This document shows, piece by piece, positions 52,551 to 61,264 of a stretch of 64,000 nucleotides of DNA; the stretch's first letter is position 1; every line of letters starts with the position of its first letter. Source of the stretch: an uncultured candidatus Brocadiaceae bacterium (GTDB lineage Bacteria > Planctomycetota > UBA1135 > UBA2386). Below the pieces are notes generated by a model. The model saw nothing but the letters and a program-made list of their open reading frames with translations, was not told the DNA's origin and did no database searches. The stretch lies in assembly GCA_964538915.1 (NCBI GenBank), contig CAZIFB010000018.1, positions 3,450 through 67,449 of the forward strand. The letters run 5' to 3'. Made by a program: the position numbers and the translations under genes.

Positions 52551-53198
52551 TCAGGGATTTCCCCGACTCCGGCAGACGACGAGGGTCTGCTCGGCGACGA
52601 ACCGACGCAGTGCGCGTGTGGCGACGACTTCGAGCCCCGCATCCGACAGTTCGCGCAGGAACGCCGCGCGCCGCACCGCGGACCGGCCCGAGCGCGTCTT
52701 CCCGAACCAGCGCCGTACCACTCTCCGCAGATGTTGCAGACTGCACGCATCGAAGAAGGAAACGACGATCGGGCCTCGAGTGACGCGCGCGAGTTCACGC
52801 AGGACGACGCGTCGTTCGACAGCTGTCGGGATGTGCTGCAGCAGTCGGTGGCACAGCGCGCCCGCGAAGGCGCCGTCGCCGAACGGCAGTGCGTGCACGC
52901 TCGCGCACGCGCGGTGGTGGATTTCACCGCAGGCGGCGACCATCGTCGGGTCGCGGTCGAGTTGGACGACCGGGCCCGGGAGTTCGGCCGACATGCGCCC
53001 TGCGCCGCTCGGCGCATCCAGCCACGGGCCGGGGGCGGTCGGACAGAGTGCGAGCAACGCTCGCAGCGCCTCGCGTTCGCGCCGATCGGTCGCTTCGCCG
53101 CTGCCCGTCGTGAAGCGCTGTTCGCGGTAGCGCAGCGCGTAGCCGGCCTCGCGGGAGTACGGGGTCTCGTGCACGAGCGGACGATAACCGCGGTTCAT
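52551..53198 (-). CDS. Class I SAM-dependent methyltransferase
   Basis: 215-aa ORF. Motif I LDAPSGAGRM, then ALPFGDGAFAGALCHRLLQH. Confidence 0.7.
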   Translation of the reverse strand: MNRGYRPLVHETPYSREAGYALRYREQRFTTGSGEATDRREREALRALLALCPTAPGPWLDAPSGAGRMSAELPGPVVQLDRDPTMVAACGEIHHRACASVHALPFGDGAFAGALCHRLLQHIPTAVERRVVLRELARVTRGPIVVSFFDACSLQHLRRVVRRWFGKTRSGRSAVRRAAFLRELSDAGLEVVATRALRRFVAEQTLVVCRSRGNP

Positions 53199-53239
53199 CG
53201 TTCAGCCGAACGGCCGCAGCGGCCGATGGCAGGGGCAGG

Positions 53240-53536
53240 ATGCCCATGGACGATCCACGAACGACGACGACCAATCAGCGCCGTGCCGAACGGGTACCGT
53301 TCGCCGGCACCGTCGCAATCCAGTTCGAAGCGGCCACTCTCGTCGGTTCGGGCGAGAACGTCTCGAGCGAAGGCGTCTACTTCACTGCCGATGGCGCGGT
53401 GCCCGTGCTCGTGCGCCTGGGCGACGGGGGAGCGACCGTTCGGGCGCGGCTCGTCCGGTACGAGAGCATGGGCGGCGGACGCGTGGGCATCGCGGTCCGC
53501 TTCGATTCGCCGATCGACCCTCCGCACGAGGGCTGA
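53240..53536 (+). CDS. PilZ-domain protein (putative c-di-GMP receptor)
   Basis: 98-aa ORF. QRRAERV (RxxxR) followed by GENVSSEGV ((D/N)xSxxG) at the expected spacing. Confidence 0.7.
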   Translation: MPMDDPRTTTTNQRRAERVPFAGTVAIQFEAATLVGSGENVSSEGVYFTADGAVPVLVRLGDGGATVRARLVRYESMGGGRVGIAVRFDSPIDPPHEG

Positions 53537-53583
53537 CAACCGGCTTGGTGAGTCGGGTCCGGTTTCGCTAGGATCGCCCGGCC

Positions 53584-54081
53584 ATGAGCCTGCGCGATCA
53601 GTTCAAGAAGGCGAACCTCATCTCCGACAAGGACGCGCGGCGGTTGCAGCACGAGGCTCGAGTCGAACGCACCGAGAAGGGACGCGAAACGCTGGAGCAG
53701 GAGGCCGGGACGCGACAACGCGAGATCGAGCAGCTGCAAGCGCGTGAACGCGAGGCGACTCGTCGTGAGCAGGAGCGGCTCGACGCCGAGCGCAAGCAGC
53801 GCGAAGAACTGGCGGCCGTGCAGACGCTGCTCGCGAGTGCGAAGAAGCCGGGGCCGGGAACCGTGCGGTTCTACTTCGAGGCCGTCGACGGGTCGCTGCC
53901 GTGGCTGGAGCTGTCGCCGCGCGAAGCGCAGGAAGTGCGCGCGGGCAGCCTCTGCGTCGTGCGCGGCGGCCCTGTCGCGACGCACACCTACCGACTGCTC
54001 CCGCTCGACGCGACGAAGCGGCTCGCGCGAGTGATGCCCGAAGTCGTCGCGCATGCGCCGCGCGGCGTCGTGTCGAACTGA
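53584..54081 (+). CDS. DUF2058 (YaiL-like) protein
   Basis: 165-aa ORF. MSLRDQFKKANLISDKDARR plus a charged central region. The family call is from memory. Confidence 0.6.
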   Translation: MSLRDQFKKANLISDKDARRLQHEARVERTEKGRETLEQEAGTRQREIEQLQAREREATRREQERLDAERKQREELAAVQTLLASAKKPGPGTVRFYFEAVDGSLPWLELSPREAQEVRAGSLCVVRGGPVATHTYRLLPLDATKRLARVMPEVVAHAPRGVVSN

Positions 54082-54092
54082 ACCCAGCCGCC

Positions 54093-54956
54093 ATGGTTCG
54101 CAAACCGGCCAGGTCGGCGCGATCCGGACGCGCCCGTTCCGATCGGGGCTCCGGCTACCTTCACGGGTACACCGCGCACGAACAGGATCGGCTCTACCAC
54201 CAAGCCGCGTTCCTCGCGGACGCCGTGCACGACCGGCTGCCGTTCCGGCGCTGCCGCCGCCTGCTCGAAGTCGGCTGCGGCGTCGGTGCGCAGACGGAGA
54301 TCCTGCTCCGGCACTTCCCGTCGTTGCACGTGACCGGCGTCGATCGCGCTGCCGACAACTTGAAGCGTGCGAAGCGCCACCTCGACGGCTGCGCATGGAC
54401 CAAGGGGCGCTTTGCGTTGCAACAGGCCCCGGCGGAGACCCTGCCCTTCGAACCCGACACCTTCGACGGCGCGTTCCTGTGCTGGATCCTCGAGCACGTC
54501 GACGATCCTGCGCGAACGCTGGCCGAGGTACGTCGGGTCCTGCGCGCGGGGTCGCCGGTCGTCGTGACCGAGGTGATGAACGCGACGTTCTTCCTCGACC
54601 CGTACAGCCCGAACACCCTCCGCTACTGGCAGAAGTTCAACGATGCGCAGCTCGAGATGGGCGGGGATCCGTTCGTCGGGAGCAAGCTAGGCAACCTCCT
54701 GCTCGGCAACGGGTTCACCGACATCCACACGGAGGTGAAGACGTTCCATCTCGACAACCGCATGCCGGGCGAGCGGACGGAGTTCCTCGCGTACTGGACC
54801 GACCTGCTGTTGAGCGGCGCGCCTGCCCTCGCGAGGGCGGGCAAGATCCCTGCGGAAGTCGTCGACGGCATGCGCGCTGAGCTGCAGCGGGTGGCTCGCG
54901 ATCCCGACGCGGTCTTCTGGTACAGCTTCGTGCAGGCGCGGGCGAAGGTGCCCTGA
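54093..54956 (+). CDS. Class I SAM-dependent methyltransferase
   Basis: From residue 65 of ORF 53901..54956 (MVRKPARS). Motif I LLEVGCGVGAQT, then FDGAFLCWILEHV. Confidence 0.75.
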   Translation: MVRKPARSARSGRARSDRGSGYLHGYTAHEQDRLYHQAAFLADAVHDRLPFRRCRRLLEVGCGVGAQTEILLRHFPSLHVTGVDRAADNLKRAKRHLDGCAWTKGRFALQQAPAETLPFEPDTFDGAFLCWILEHVDDPARTLAEVRRVLRAGSPVVVTEVMNATFFLDPYSPNTLRYWQKFNDAQLEMGGDPFVGSKLGNLLLGNGFTDIHTEVKTFHLDNRMPGERTEFLAYWTDLLLSGAPALARAGKIPAEVVDGMRAELQRVARDPDAVFWYSFVQARAKVP

Positions 54957-55051
54957 CCCCTCGGGCGAGGGCGCCTGTCGAAAACACGTGGCCTGGATCG
55001 TCTACTGCCGGCCGCCCCGCTTTCGAGGGCGGAAACCGGAGATCCAAGACC

Positions 55052-55633
55052 ATGAAGTACGTCACGTCGTTGGCGCTCGTCGCCGTTCTGTTCTCGTCGC
55101 CGTTCGTCGTCGCCCAGGAGCCGAAGGGCAAGGAGGCCAAGGAGGCTCAGGGCGGTGGCATGCCCGGTCCCGGCCCGGCGCAGAAGGCGCTGAAGATGGC
55201 GGAGGGCACCTGGAACGCTCTGATCGAGATGCCGGGGCTTGAGGCGTCGAAGGGCGTCTCGGTGCAGAAGATGGTGCTCGGCGGAATGTGGCTCGAGGAC
55301 AGCTTCAAGGCCGACCTCGGCGGGATGCCGTTCGAGGGGCGCGGCATGACCGGCTTCGACCAGATCAAGGGCAAGTACGTGGGGACCTGGTGCGACAGCA
55401 TGTCCCCGGGCGTCACCGTCACCGAGGGCACCTACGACGAAAAGACGCGCACGCTGACGATGGTTGGCGACACCTACGACCACACGGGTGCCAAGGTGAA
55501 GGCGCGCATGCTGACCATCCACAAGGATGCGAACACCGTCGTGTTCGAGATGTACTACGTGGACGCTGCCGGCAAGGAAGCGAAGCAGATGACGATCACC
55601 TACACGCGCGCCGGCGGTACCCCGGCGAAGTGA
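55052..55633 (+). CDS. Secreted DUF1579-like protein
   Basis: 193-aa ORF. Signal peptide (MKYVTSLALVAVLFSSPFVVAQ). G.W......G.........LGGMW........G.PFEG.G..G.D....Y...W.DSM pattern, recalled for DUF1579. Confidence 0.65.
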   Translation: MKYVTSLALVAVLFSSPFVVAQEPKGKEAKEAQGGGMPGPGPAQKALKMAEGTWNALIEMPGLEASKGVSVQKMVLGGMWLEDSFKADLGGMPFEGRGMTGFDQIKGKYVGTWCDSMSPGVTVTEGTYDEKTRTLTMVGDTYDHTGAKVKARMLTIHKDANTVVFEMYYVDAAGKEAKQMTITYTRAGGTPAK

Positions 55634-55682
55634 TCACGGCGGACTTCGCTAGCCCCGGGCCAGGCTGCTCCGGGGCTGCGGC

Positions 55683-57770
55683 TCAGTATTCGATCTGCCC
55701 GTCGTCGACGCCGAGGGCGCGGCGACGCGACAGGCGCAGTCTGCCGCGGTCGTCCGCGCCGAGAACCGTGACGATCATCTCGTCGCCCTCGCGCGCGATG
55801 TCGCCCGCGGCACGGACCGGCGCCTTGTCGAGCTCTTCGAGCGGTACGAGACCCTCGTTCACCGCGTTGATCCGAACGAACGCGCCGAAGTCCTTCACGC
55901 CGGTCACGGTGCCGCGGTAGCAGCGGCCGATCTTCAGCACGCCGGCGGAGCGCTGGACCATCACGGCCGCGCGTTGCGCGCTCTCCTGATCGGTCGCGTA
56001 GATCAGGACTTCGCCGTCGTCGTCGACGCTGACGCGTGCGCCGGTTGCCTCGGTGATGCCCTTGATGTTCGCACCCCGCGCCCCGACGAGTGCACCGATC
56101 GCCTCGGGCAGGATCGCGAGACGTTGCGCGCGCGGAACGAAGCGCGATGGTGCTGCAGGCGACGAGATCGTCTTCGCCATCTCGGCGAGCACGTGCAGGC
56201 GGCCGTCCCGCGCCTGCCCGAAGGCCTGCGCCAGCACCTGGTCCGGCAGTCCGCCGAGTTTGTTGTCGAGCTGGATCGCGGTGATGCCGCGTTCGGTGCC
56301 GACCACTTTGAAGTCCATGTCGCCGAGGTGGTCTTCGTCGCCGAGGATGTCGCTCAGGACGGCGAAGCGCGTCCCATCCGAGATCAGGCCCATCGCGATT
56401 CCGGCCACCGGGCGTTGCAGCGGCACGCCTGCGTGCAGCATCGCCATCGCGCCGCCGCAGACCGTCGCCATCGACGAACTGCCGTTGCTCTCCGTGATCT
56501 CCGACTCGATGCGGATCGTGTACGGATACTCCGAGGTGGCCGGCAGTACGGGCCGCAAACCGCGCCGCGCCAGCGACCCGTGGCCGATCTCGCGCCGGCC
56601 GGGGCCCCGCAGCGCGCGGATCTCGCCGACGGAGTAGGGCGGGAAGTTGTAGTGCAGGATGAACCGGTCGGTGCCGCCATCGGCAGCGATCCCGTCGGCG
56701 CGAACCGCGTCCTCGGGACTGCCGAGCGTGCACGTGACGATCGCCTGCGTCTCGCCGCGCGTGAACAGCGCCGATCCGTGTGCGCGGGGCAGGAGGCCGA
56801 CTTCGCTCCAGATCGGCCGGATCTGCGTCGTCGAGCGACCATCGAGGCGGACTCCGTCGGCGAGTGCCTGCTCGCGCGTTTCGTGCCAGACCGCGTGTGC
56901 GAACGCGGCTCGTGCCGGGCCGTGCTGTTCCGGTGGCAACGCCGTGACCCACGCGGTCTCCGCGGCACTGATCGCGGCGCGACGCTCCGTCTTGCGGGGC
57001 GTCCGCAGCGCGGCGCGCAGCGCCGTCAGGGTGCTGTCCGGCGGTGGCGGCAGGGTCGGCGCTTCGGGAACCGGCGACTTCGGTGCGCCGGCGGCGGAGC
57101 GAAGTGCATCGAACGCCTTCTGGCAGCGACCGATCCACTCCGTGGCCTGCGCGATCGCGGCGATCGCGGTCGCTTCGTCGACCTCCTTCGCCTCGCCTTC
57201 GAGCATCACGAGTCCGTCTGGGCCGACGCCGACCGAGAACTCGAGATCGGCCTGCTCGCGCTGCGCCTTGCCACCGAACGCCGTCCACTGGCCATGAATG
57301 CGCTGGATGCGGAGGCCGCCTGCGGGGCCCTTCGCTGGCACGTGGCTCACGTGGAGCGCGGCGCACGCTGCGAGGAGTGCAAGGCTCTCGAGGTCGCTCG
57401 TCGGTTCGGCGCTGAACACCTGCACCTGTACCTGCACCTCGTTGCGGTACTCGTCGGGGAACAGCGAGCGGATCGTGCGATCGATCAGGCGGCTGCAGAG
57501 CACTTCGTGGTCGGTGATGCGGCCCTCGCGCCGGCCGAAACCCGGTGGGATGCGGCCTGCCGCCGCGAACTTCTCCCGATACTCGACCGTCAGGGGGAAG
57601 AAGTCCTGGCCGGGTTTCGGCGACGGGGCGGCCGTCACCGTCGCGAGCACGACGTTGTCGCCGCAGCGCGCGAGCACCGCACCGTGCGCCTGGCGAGCGA
57701 TGCGGCCGGTCTCGAAGGTGATCTCGGTGCCGGCGATCTTCACGGTCGTTCGGTGCGGTGTGGCGGACAT
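55683..57770 (-). CDS. pnp: Polyribonucleotide nucleotidyltransferase (PNPase)
   Basis: From residue 20 of ORF 55683..57827 (MSATPHRTT). Two RNase PH-like domains ([14 protein letters not shown]..., [22 protein letters not shown]-like), a KH domain, and a C-terminal S1 domain ([18 protein letters not shown]). Confidence 0.9.
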   Translation of the reverse strand: [695 protein letters not shown]

Positions 57771-57859
57771 GCGCCGGATCTTGCCGGCGTCGGTCGGGTG
57801 GCGCCACGGCGCTCGCGCTGCGGACAACGGCTCTCTTGGAATCGGGAGCGCGATCCCGC

Positions 57860-58189
57860 ATGATGCTCATGTTGAGATTCGATCTCAACAATGCCGAACC
57901 TCCCGCCGCCGTGACCGCCGTTCCGCTGCCTCCCATCGATCCGTCGTCCCTCTCGACCCTGGCGGCGTTGCGACTCGGCGCGACGGGGACCGTCGTCGCC
58001 GTTGCGGGCGACGATCCGCTCGCGCGTCGACTTGCGGCGGCCGGCTTCTGGCCCGGTGTCGTAGTGCAACTCGTCTGCGCCGCGCCGTTCGGCGATCCGC
58101 TGCTGTTCCGGCTGCACGGCTACCGCCTCGCGTTGCGGCGCTCGGAGGCGGAACGCGTGAGCGTCGTGCCGGAGGAGGCAGGGCGATGA
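57860..58189 (+). CDS. feoA: FeoA-domain protein
   Basis: Tail of ORF 57758..58189. The SH3-like FeoA core is LAALRLGATGTVVAV....LARRLAAAGFWPGVVVQLV...PFGDPLLFRLHGYRLALRRSEA. The start is uncertain: ATG 57860 (overlaps the palindrome) or GTG 57911. Confidence 0.75.
   Translation: MMLMLRFDLNNAEPPAAVTAVPLPPIDPSSLSTLAALRLGATGTVVAVAGDDPLARRLAAAGFWPGVVVQLVCAAPFGDPLLFRLHGYRLALRRSEAERVSVVPEEAGR
57871..57889. promoter_or_regulatory. 19-bp perfect palindrome (8-3-8) immediately 5' of the FeoA domain; candidate metalloregulator operator
   Basis: GTTGAGAT-TCG-ATCTCAAC. It lies in the locally AT-richest stretch between pnp and feoAB. A Fur-type assignment rests only on context and its 19-bp palindromic length. 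Confidence 0.3.
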
Positions 58190-60114
58190 AGGCGGACACC
58201 GTGGTCGCGAGCCCTGGTTCGATCCGAACCGTGGCGCTGGTCGGGCGCGCCAACTCGGGCAAGACGTCGGTGCTCATGTACGTGACGGGGTCTCGGCAGC
58301 GTCCGGTCAACTTCCCCGGAACGTCCGTGGAGCGCGTCGAGAGCGAGGTCCGGTGCGGCGACGTCCTGCTGCGGGTCGTCGATCTCCCGGGAATCGCGTC
58401 GCTCGAGGCCAACAGTCGCGACGAGGAGGTCGCGCTGTCGTTCCTGCGGGCTTCGGATGGGAGCGGTGCCGATCTCTTGTGCGTCGTGCTCGACGCCGCG
58501 AAGCTGCCGATCGAACTGCGCTTTCTCCAGCAGATCCGTGCTCTCGGGCGGCCGATCGTGATCGCGCTGACGAAGGTCGACGTCGCCGAACGCGAGGGGT
58601 TTCCCGTCGATGTCGATCGGCTGCGTCGCGCCGTGGGCCTGCCGCTCGTCCAGGTGAACGGGTTCGACGGATCGGGCGCGGAGCATCTGCGTAACGCGCT
58701 GGTTTCGGCGTCTCTTTGCGCGCCCTCCTCCGAAGTCGGGACGACCGCGGCCGACGGTGCGCGCGGTCGCACGTCACGTCGCTCGCGAACCGATCGCATC
58801 GACGCCTTCCTGCTGCACCCGATCGCCGGACCGGTCGTGCTCGCGGCGGTGCTGCTGGCGATGTTCCAACTCGTGTTCACGGTCGCCGAACCCTTCATGG
58901 CCTGGATCGAAGAGGCACAGGGGCTGGTCGGCTCGTGGGTCGCTGCGACGGTTCCCGACGGGGCGGTGCAGAGCTTCCTCGTCGACGGACTCGTCAACGG
59001 CGTCGGTGCGTCGCTCATCTTCGTTCCGCAGATCGCACTGCTCATCGCGTTCGTGACGGTCGTCGAGGCGTCGGGCTACATGGCGCGCGCCGTGTTCCTG
59101 CTCGATCGGCTTCTGCGCCGCTTCGGTCTCTCGGGAAAGAGCTTCGTGCCGTTGACCAGCAGCTTCGCGTGCGCGATCCCCGGCATCGTCGCGAGCCGGA
59201 TCCTCTCCGACGAACGCGATCGCCTGGCGACGATCGTCGTGTCGCCGCTCATGTCCTGTTCGGCGCGGCTGCCCGTGTACGTCGTCTTGCTCGCCGCGTT
59301 CTTCCCACCGGGACAGGCGGGATTGCTCCTGTTCCTGCTGTACCTGCTCGGCATCGTCGCCGCCGTCGTGGTCGCCCTGGTGCTGCGGCGCACGGTGCTG
59401 CGCGGTGGTGGATCGATGCTCGCGATGGAGTTGCCGGTGTATCAGCGACCGCGCGTGCGTGTCGTCGCGTTCGCGGCGTGGCTCGCGGTGCGCGGCTTCC
59501 TTCGCACGGCGGGGTCGGTGATCCTGGTCGCGACGGTCGTGGTGTGGGCACTCGGGTACTTCCCGCGCTCGGCGGACGTGCACGAGCGGTTCCAGCTCGA
59601 GCGCGCGGCGACCCCCGCAGGATCCGAAGGCGACGAGGCGCGTCGCCTGATCGATGCGCGAGAGTCCGCGGCTCACCTCGAGCGCAGCTGGCTCGCGACA
59701 CTCGGGCGAACGGCACAGCCGCTGTTCGCGCCGGCGGGGTTCGATTGGCGCATGACGGTCGGCGTGCTCGCCGCGTTCCCCGCGCGCGAACTCGTGGTGC
59801 CGACACTCGGCACGCTCTACAGCCTCGGCGAAGTGGAGGCCTCGCCGGACGATCCCGATGTTCGACTCGGTGAGGCGCTGCGGACGACGCCGGGGCCGGA
59901 TGGCAAGCCCGCCGTGAACGGTCTGGTAGCGCTGGCGGTCATGGCGTTCTTCGCGTTGTGCAGTCAGTGCGCCGCGACGCTCGCTGCCATCCGCCGTGAA
60001 ACGCACTCGTGGCGATGGCCGATCTTCACGTTCTGCTACATGACCGCGCTCGCGTGGTCGGTCGCCGTCGCGATCTACCAGGTCGGCCGTCTGTTGGGCT
60101 TCGCGCCGGCTTGA
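58186..60114 (+). CDS. feoB: Ferrous iron transporter FeoB
   Basis: From residue 297 of ORF 57298..60114 (MKADTVVASPGS). G-domain motifs GRANSGKTS, DLPG and TKVD, followed by a polytopic membrane domain. ATGA overlap with feoA. Confidence 0.9.
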   Translation: MKADTVVASPGSIRTVALVGRANSGKTSVLMYVTGSRQRPVNFPGTSVERVESEVRCGDVLLRVVDLPGIASLEANSRDEEVALSFLRASDGSGADLLCVVLDAAKLPIELRFLQQIRALGRPIVIALTKVDVAEREGFPVDVDRLRRAVGLPLVQVNGFDGSGAEHLRNALVSASLCAPSSEVGTTAADGARGRTSRRSRTDRIDAFLLHPIAGPVVLAAVLLAMFQLVFTVAEPFMAWIEEAQGLVGSWVAATVPDGAVQSFLVDGLVNGVGASLIFVPQIALLIAFVTVVEASGYMARAVFLLDRLLRRFGLSGKSFVPLTSSFACAIPGIVASRILSDERDRLATIVVSPLMSCSARLPVYVVLLAAFFPPGQAGLLLFLLYLLGIVAAVVVALVLRRTVLRGGGSMLAMELPVYQRPRVRVVAFAAWLAVRGFLRTAGSVILVATVVVWALGYFPRSADVHERFQLERAATPAGSEGDEARRLIDARESAAHLERSWLATLGRTAQPLFAPAGFDWRMTVGVLAAFPARELVVPTLGTLYSLGEVEASPDDPDVRLGEALRTTPGPDGKPAVNGLVALAVMAFFALCSQCAATLAAIRRETHSWRWPIFTFCYMTALAWSVAVAIYQVGRLLGFAPA

Positions 60115-60124
60115 ACCCGGCGGT

Positions 60125-60421
60125 TCACTCCATGTCGAACGGGTTGCGCGGCCGCGAGTCCTTGTCCTTCTTGGCCTCTTCCTTGGCGCGGCGCAGTTGC
60201 TCCTCGAGTCGTTCGCCGCGCTTCTGCTCCAGGTCCTGCGCCGACGAGAACAAGTCGCCGAGCCGCTTCTGATCGCGGCCGTGCTCCTTCAGCATCTGCT
60301 CGAGGTCCCGGCCGCCCTTCGCTTCATCCGGGCGCGCGGCGCGTGCCTTCCCCGACCGGACGTCGACTTCGATCAGCTTGTTGCAGCAGGGGCATGGGAA
60401 CGTGAACACGGTGTCGGCCAT
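60125..60421 (-). CDS. Small protein with N-terminal CPCC zinc-ribbon-like motif and charged helical tail
   Basis: From residue 36 of ORF 60125..60526 (MADTVFTFPCPCCNKLIEVDV). 98 aa with an E/K/R-rich C-terminal half. Confidence 0.5.
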   Translation of the reverse strand: MADTVFTFPCPCCNKLIEVDVRSGKARAARPDEAKGGRDLEQMLKEHGRDQKRLGDLFSSAQDLEQKRGERLEEQLRRAKEEAKKDKDSRPRNPFDME

Positions 60422-60565
60422 GGCGCGGTGCCTCGGGATTGACGGTCGTCGTGCGTCGATGACGACGGTATCGTGACGATCGCGGACGGGCACGTCCGCG
60501 ACGTGCGTCGCACGCCCTGTTCGCATCGAGACATCGTGACCCCCGAGAAAAAGCCTCTGGCAGGT

Positions 60566-60591
60566 GGAACCCCTGCGGGACAGCCGCGTCT
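60566..60591 (+). promoter_or_regulatory. ECF-type promoter (GGAAC-N16-CGTCT) upstream of the second ECF sigma gene
   Basis: tGGAAC (60566..60570), a 16-nt spacer, then CGTCt (60587..60591). An AAGGA ribosome-binding site lies at 60635..60639 and the ATG at 60644. This is the typical geometry of autoregulated ECF promoters. Confidence 0.5.
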
Positions 60592-60643
60592 GTTCGCGGG
60601 CGTTCCGCCGGTTGCAGGTCGGGACGCGCTGCGCAAGGACACG

Positions 60644-61264
60644 ATGCCGGCCGGGCCTGCCTCACCTGGTGGCCACAACGACGTCGATCCGGCTCGCGAA
60701 CCGATGCTCGCGGCTCAGCGCGGTGACATCGATGCCTTCCGAACTCTGGTGGAGATGTACCAGGACCGGGTGATGCGAGTGATGACTTCCGTGCTGAAGT
60801 GCGACCGCGCGTTCGCGGAAGACCTGAGCCAGGAGGTCTTCCTCCGAGTCCACAAGGGGCTGCCGTCGTTCGACGGCCAGGTGCGGTTCCTCACGTGGCT
60901 CCACACGATCGCGATGAACGTTGCGATCAGTGAATACCGTCGGCGTCGGGCCCACAAACGCGACCGCAAGACGCTGTCGATCGACGTTCCGATCCAAGGC
61001 ACGGACGACCTCTATATCCAGCCGGCCGGTCGCGAGATCGATCCGGGGGAACGGGCTCACCAGCACGAGTTCCTGGCGCGAGTGCGGGCGTGTGTGCGCG
61101 AGCTCCCCGACGACTTCCGCGAGTGCGTGGTGTTGCGCGACATGGAGTCCCTGTCGTACGAGGAGATCGCCGCGATGCTCGACCTGCCGATCGGAACCGT
61201 GCGGTCGCGCATCCACCGCGGGCGAGCGATGCTGCAAGGCATGCTGCAGGAGTTCCTGCGATGA
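60644..61264 (+). CDS. ECF (sigma-70 family, group 4) RNA polymerase sigma factor
   Basis: From residue 58 of ORF 60473..61264 (MPAGPAS), supported by the upstream RBS and promoter motif. Region 2 (AEDLSQEVFLRVHKGL..., FLTWLHTIAMNVAISEYRRRR) and region 4 (LSYEEIAAMLDLPIGTVRSRIHRGRAML). Confidence 0.85.
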   Translation: MPAGPASPGGHNDVDPAREPMLAAQRGDIDAFRTLVEMYQDRVMRVMTSVLKCDRAFAEDLSQEVFLRVHKGLPSFDGQVRFLTWLHTIAMNVAISEYRRRRAHKRDRKTLSIDVPIQGTDDLYIQPAGREIDPGERAHQHEFLARVRACVRELPDDFRECVVLRDMESLSYEEIAAMLDLPIGTVRSRIHRGRAMLQGMLQEFLR

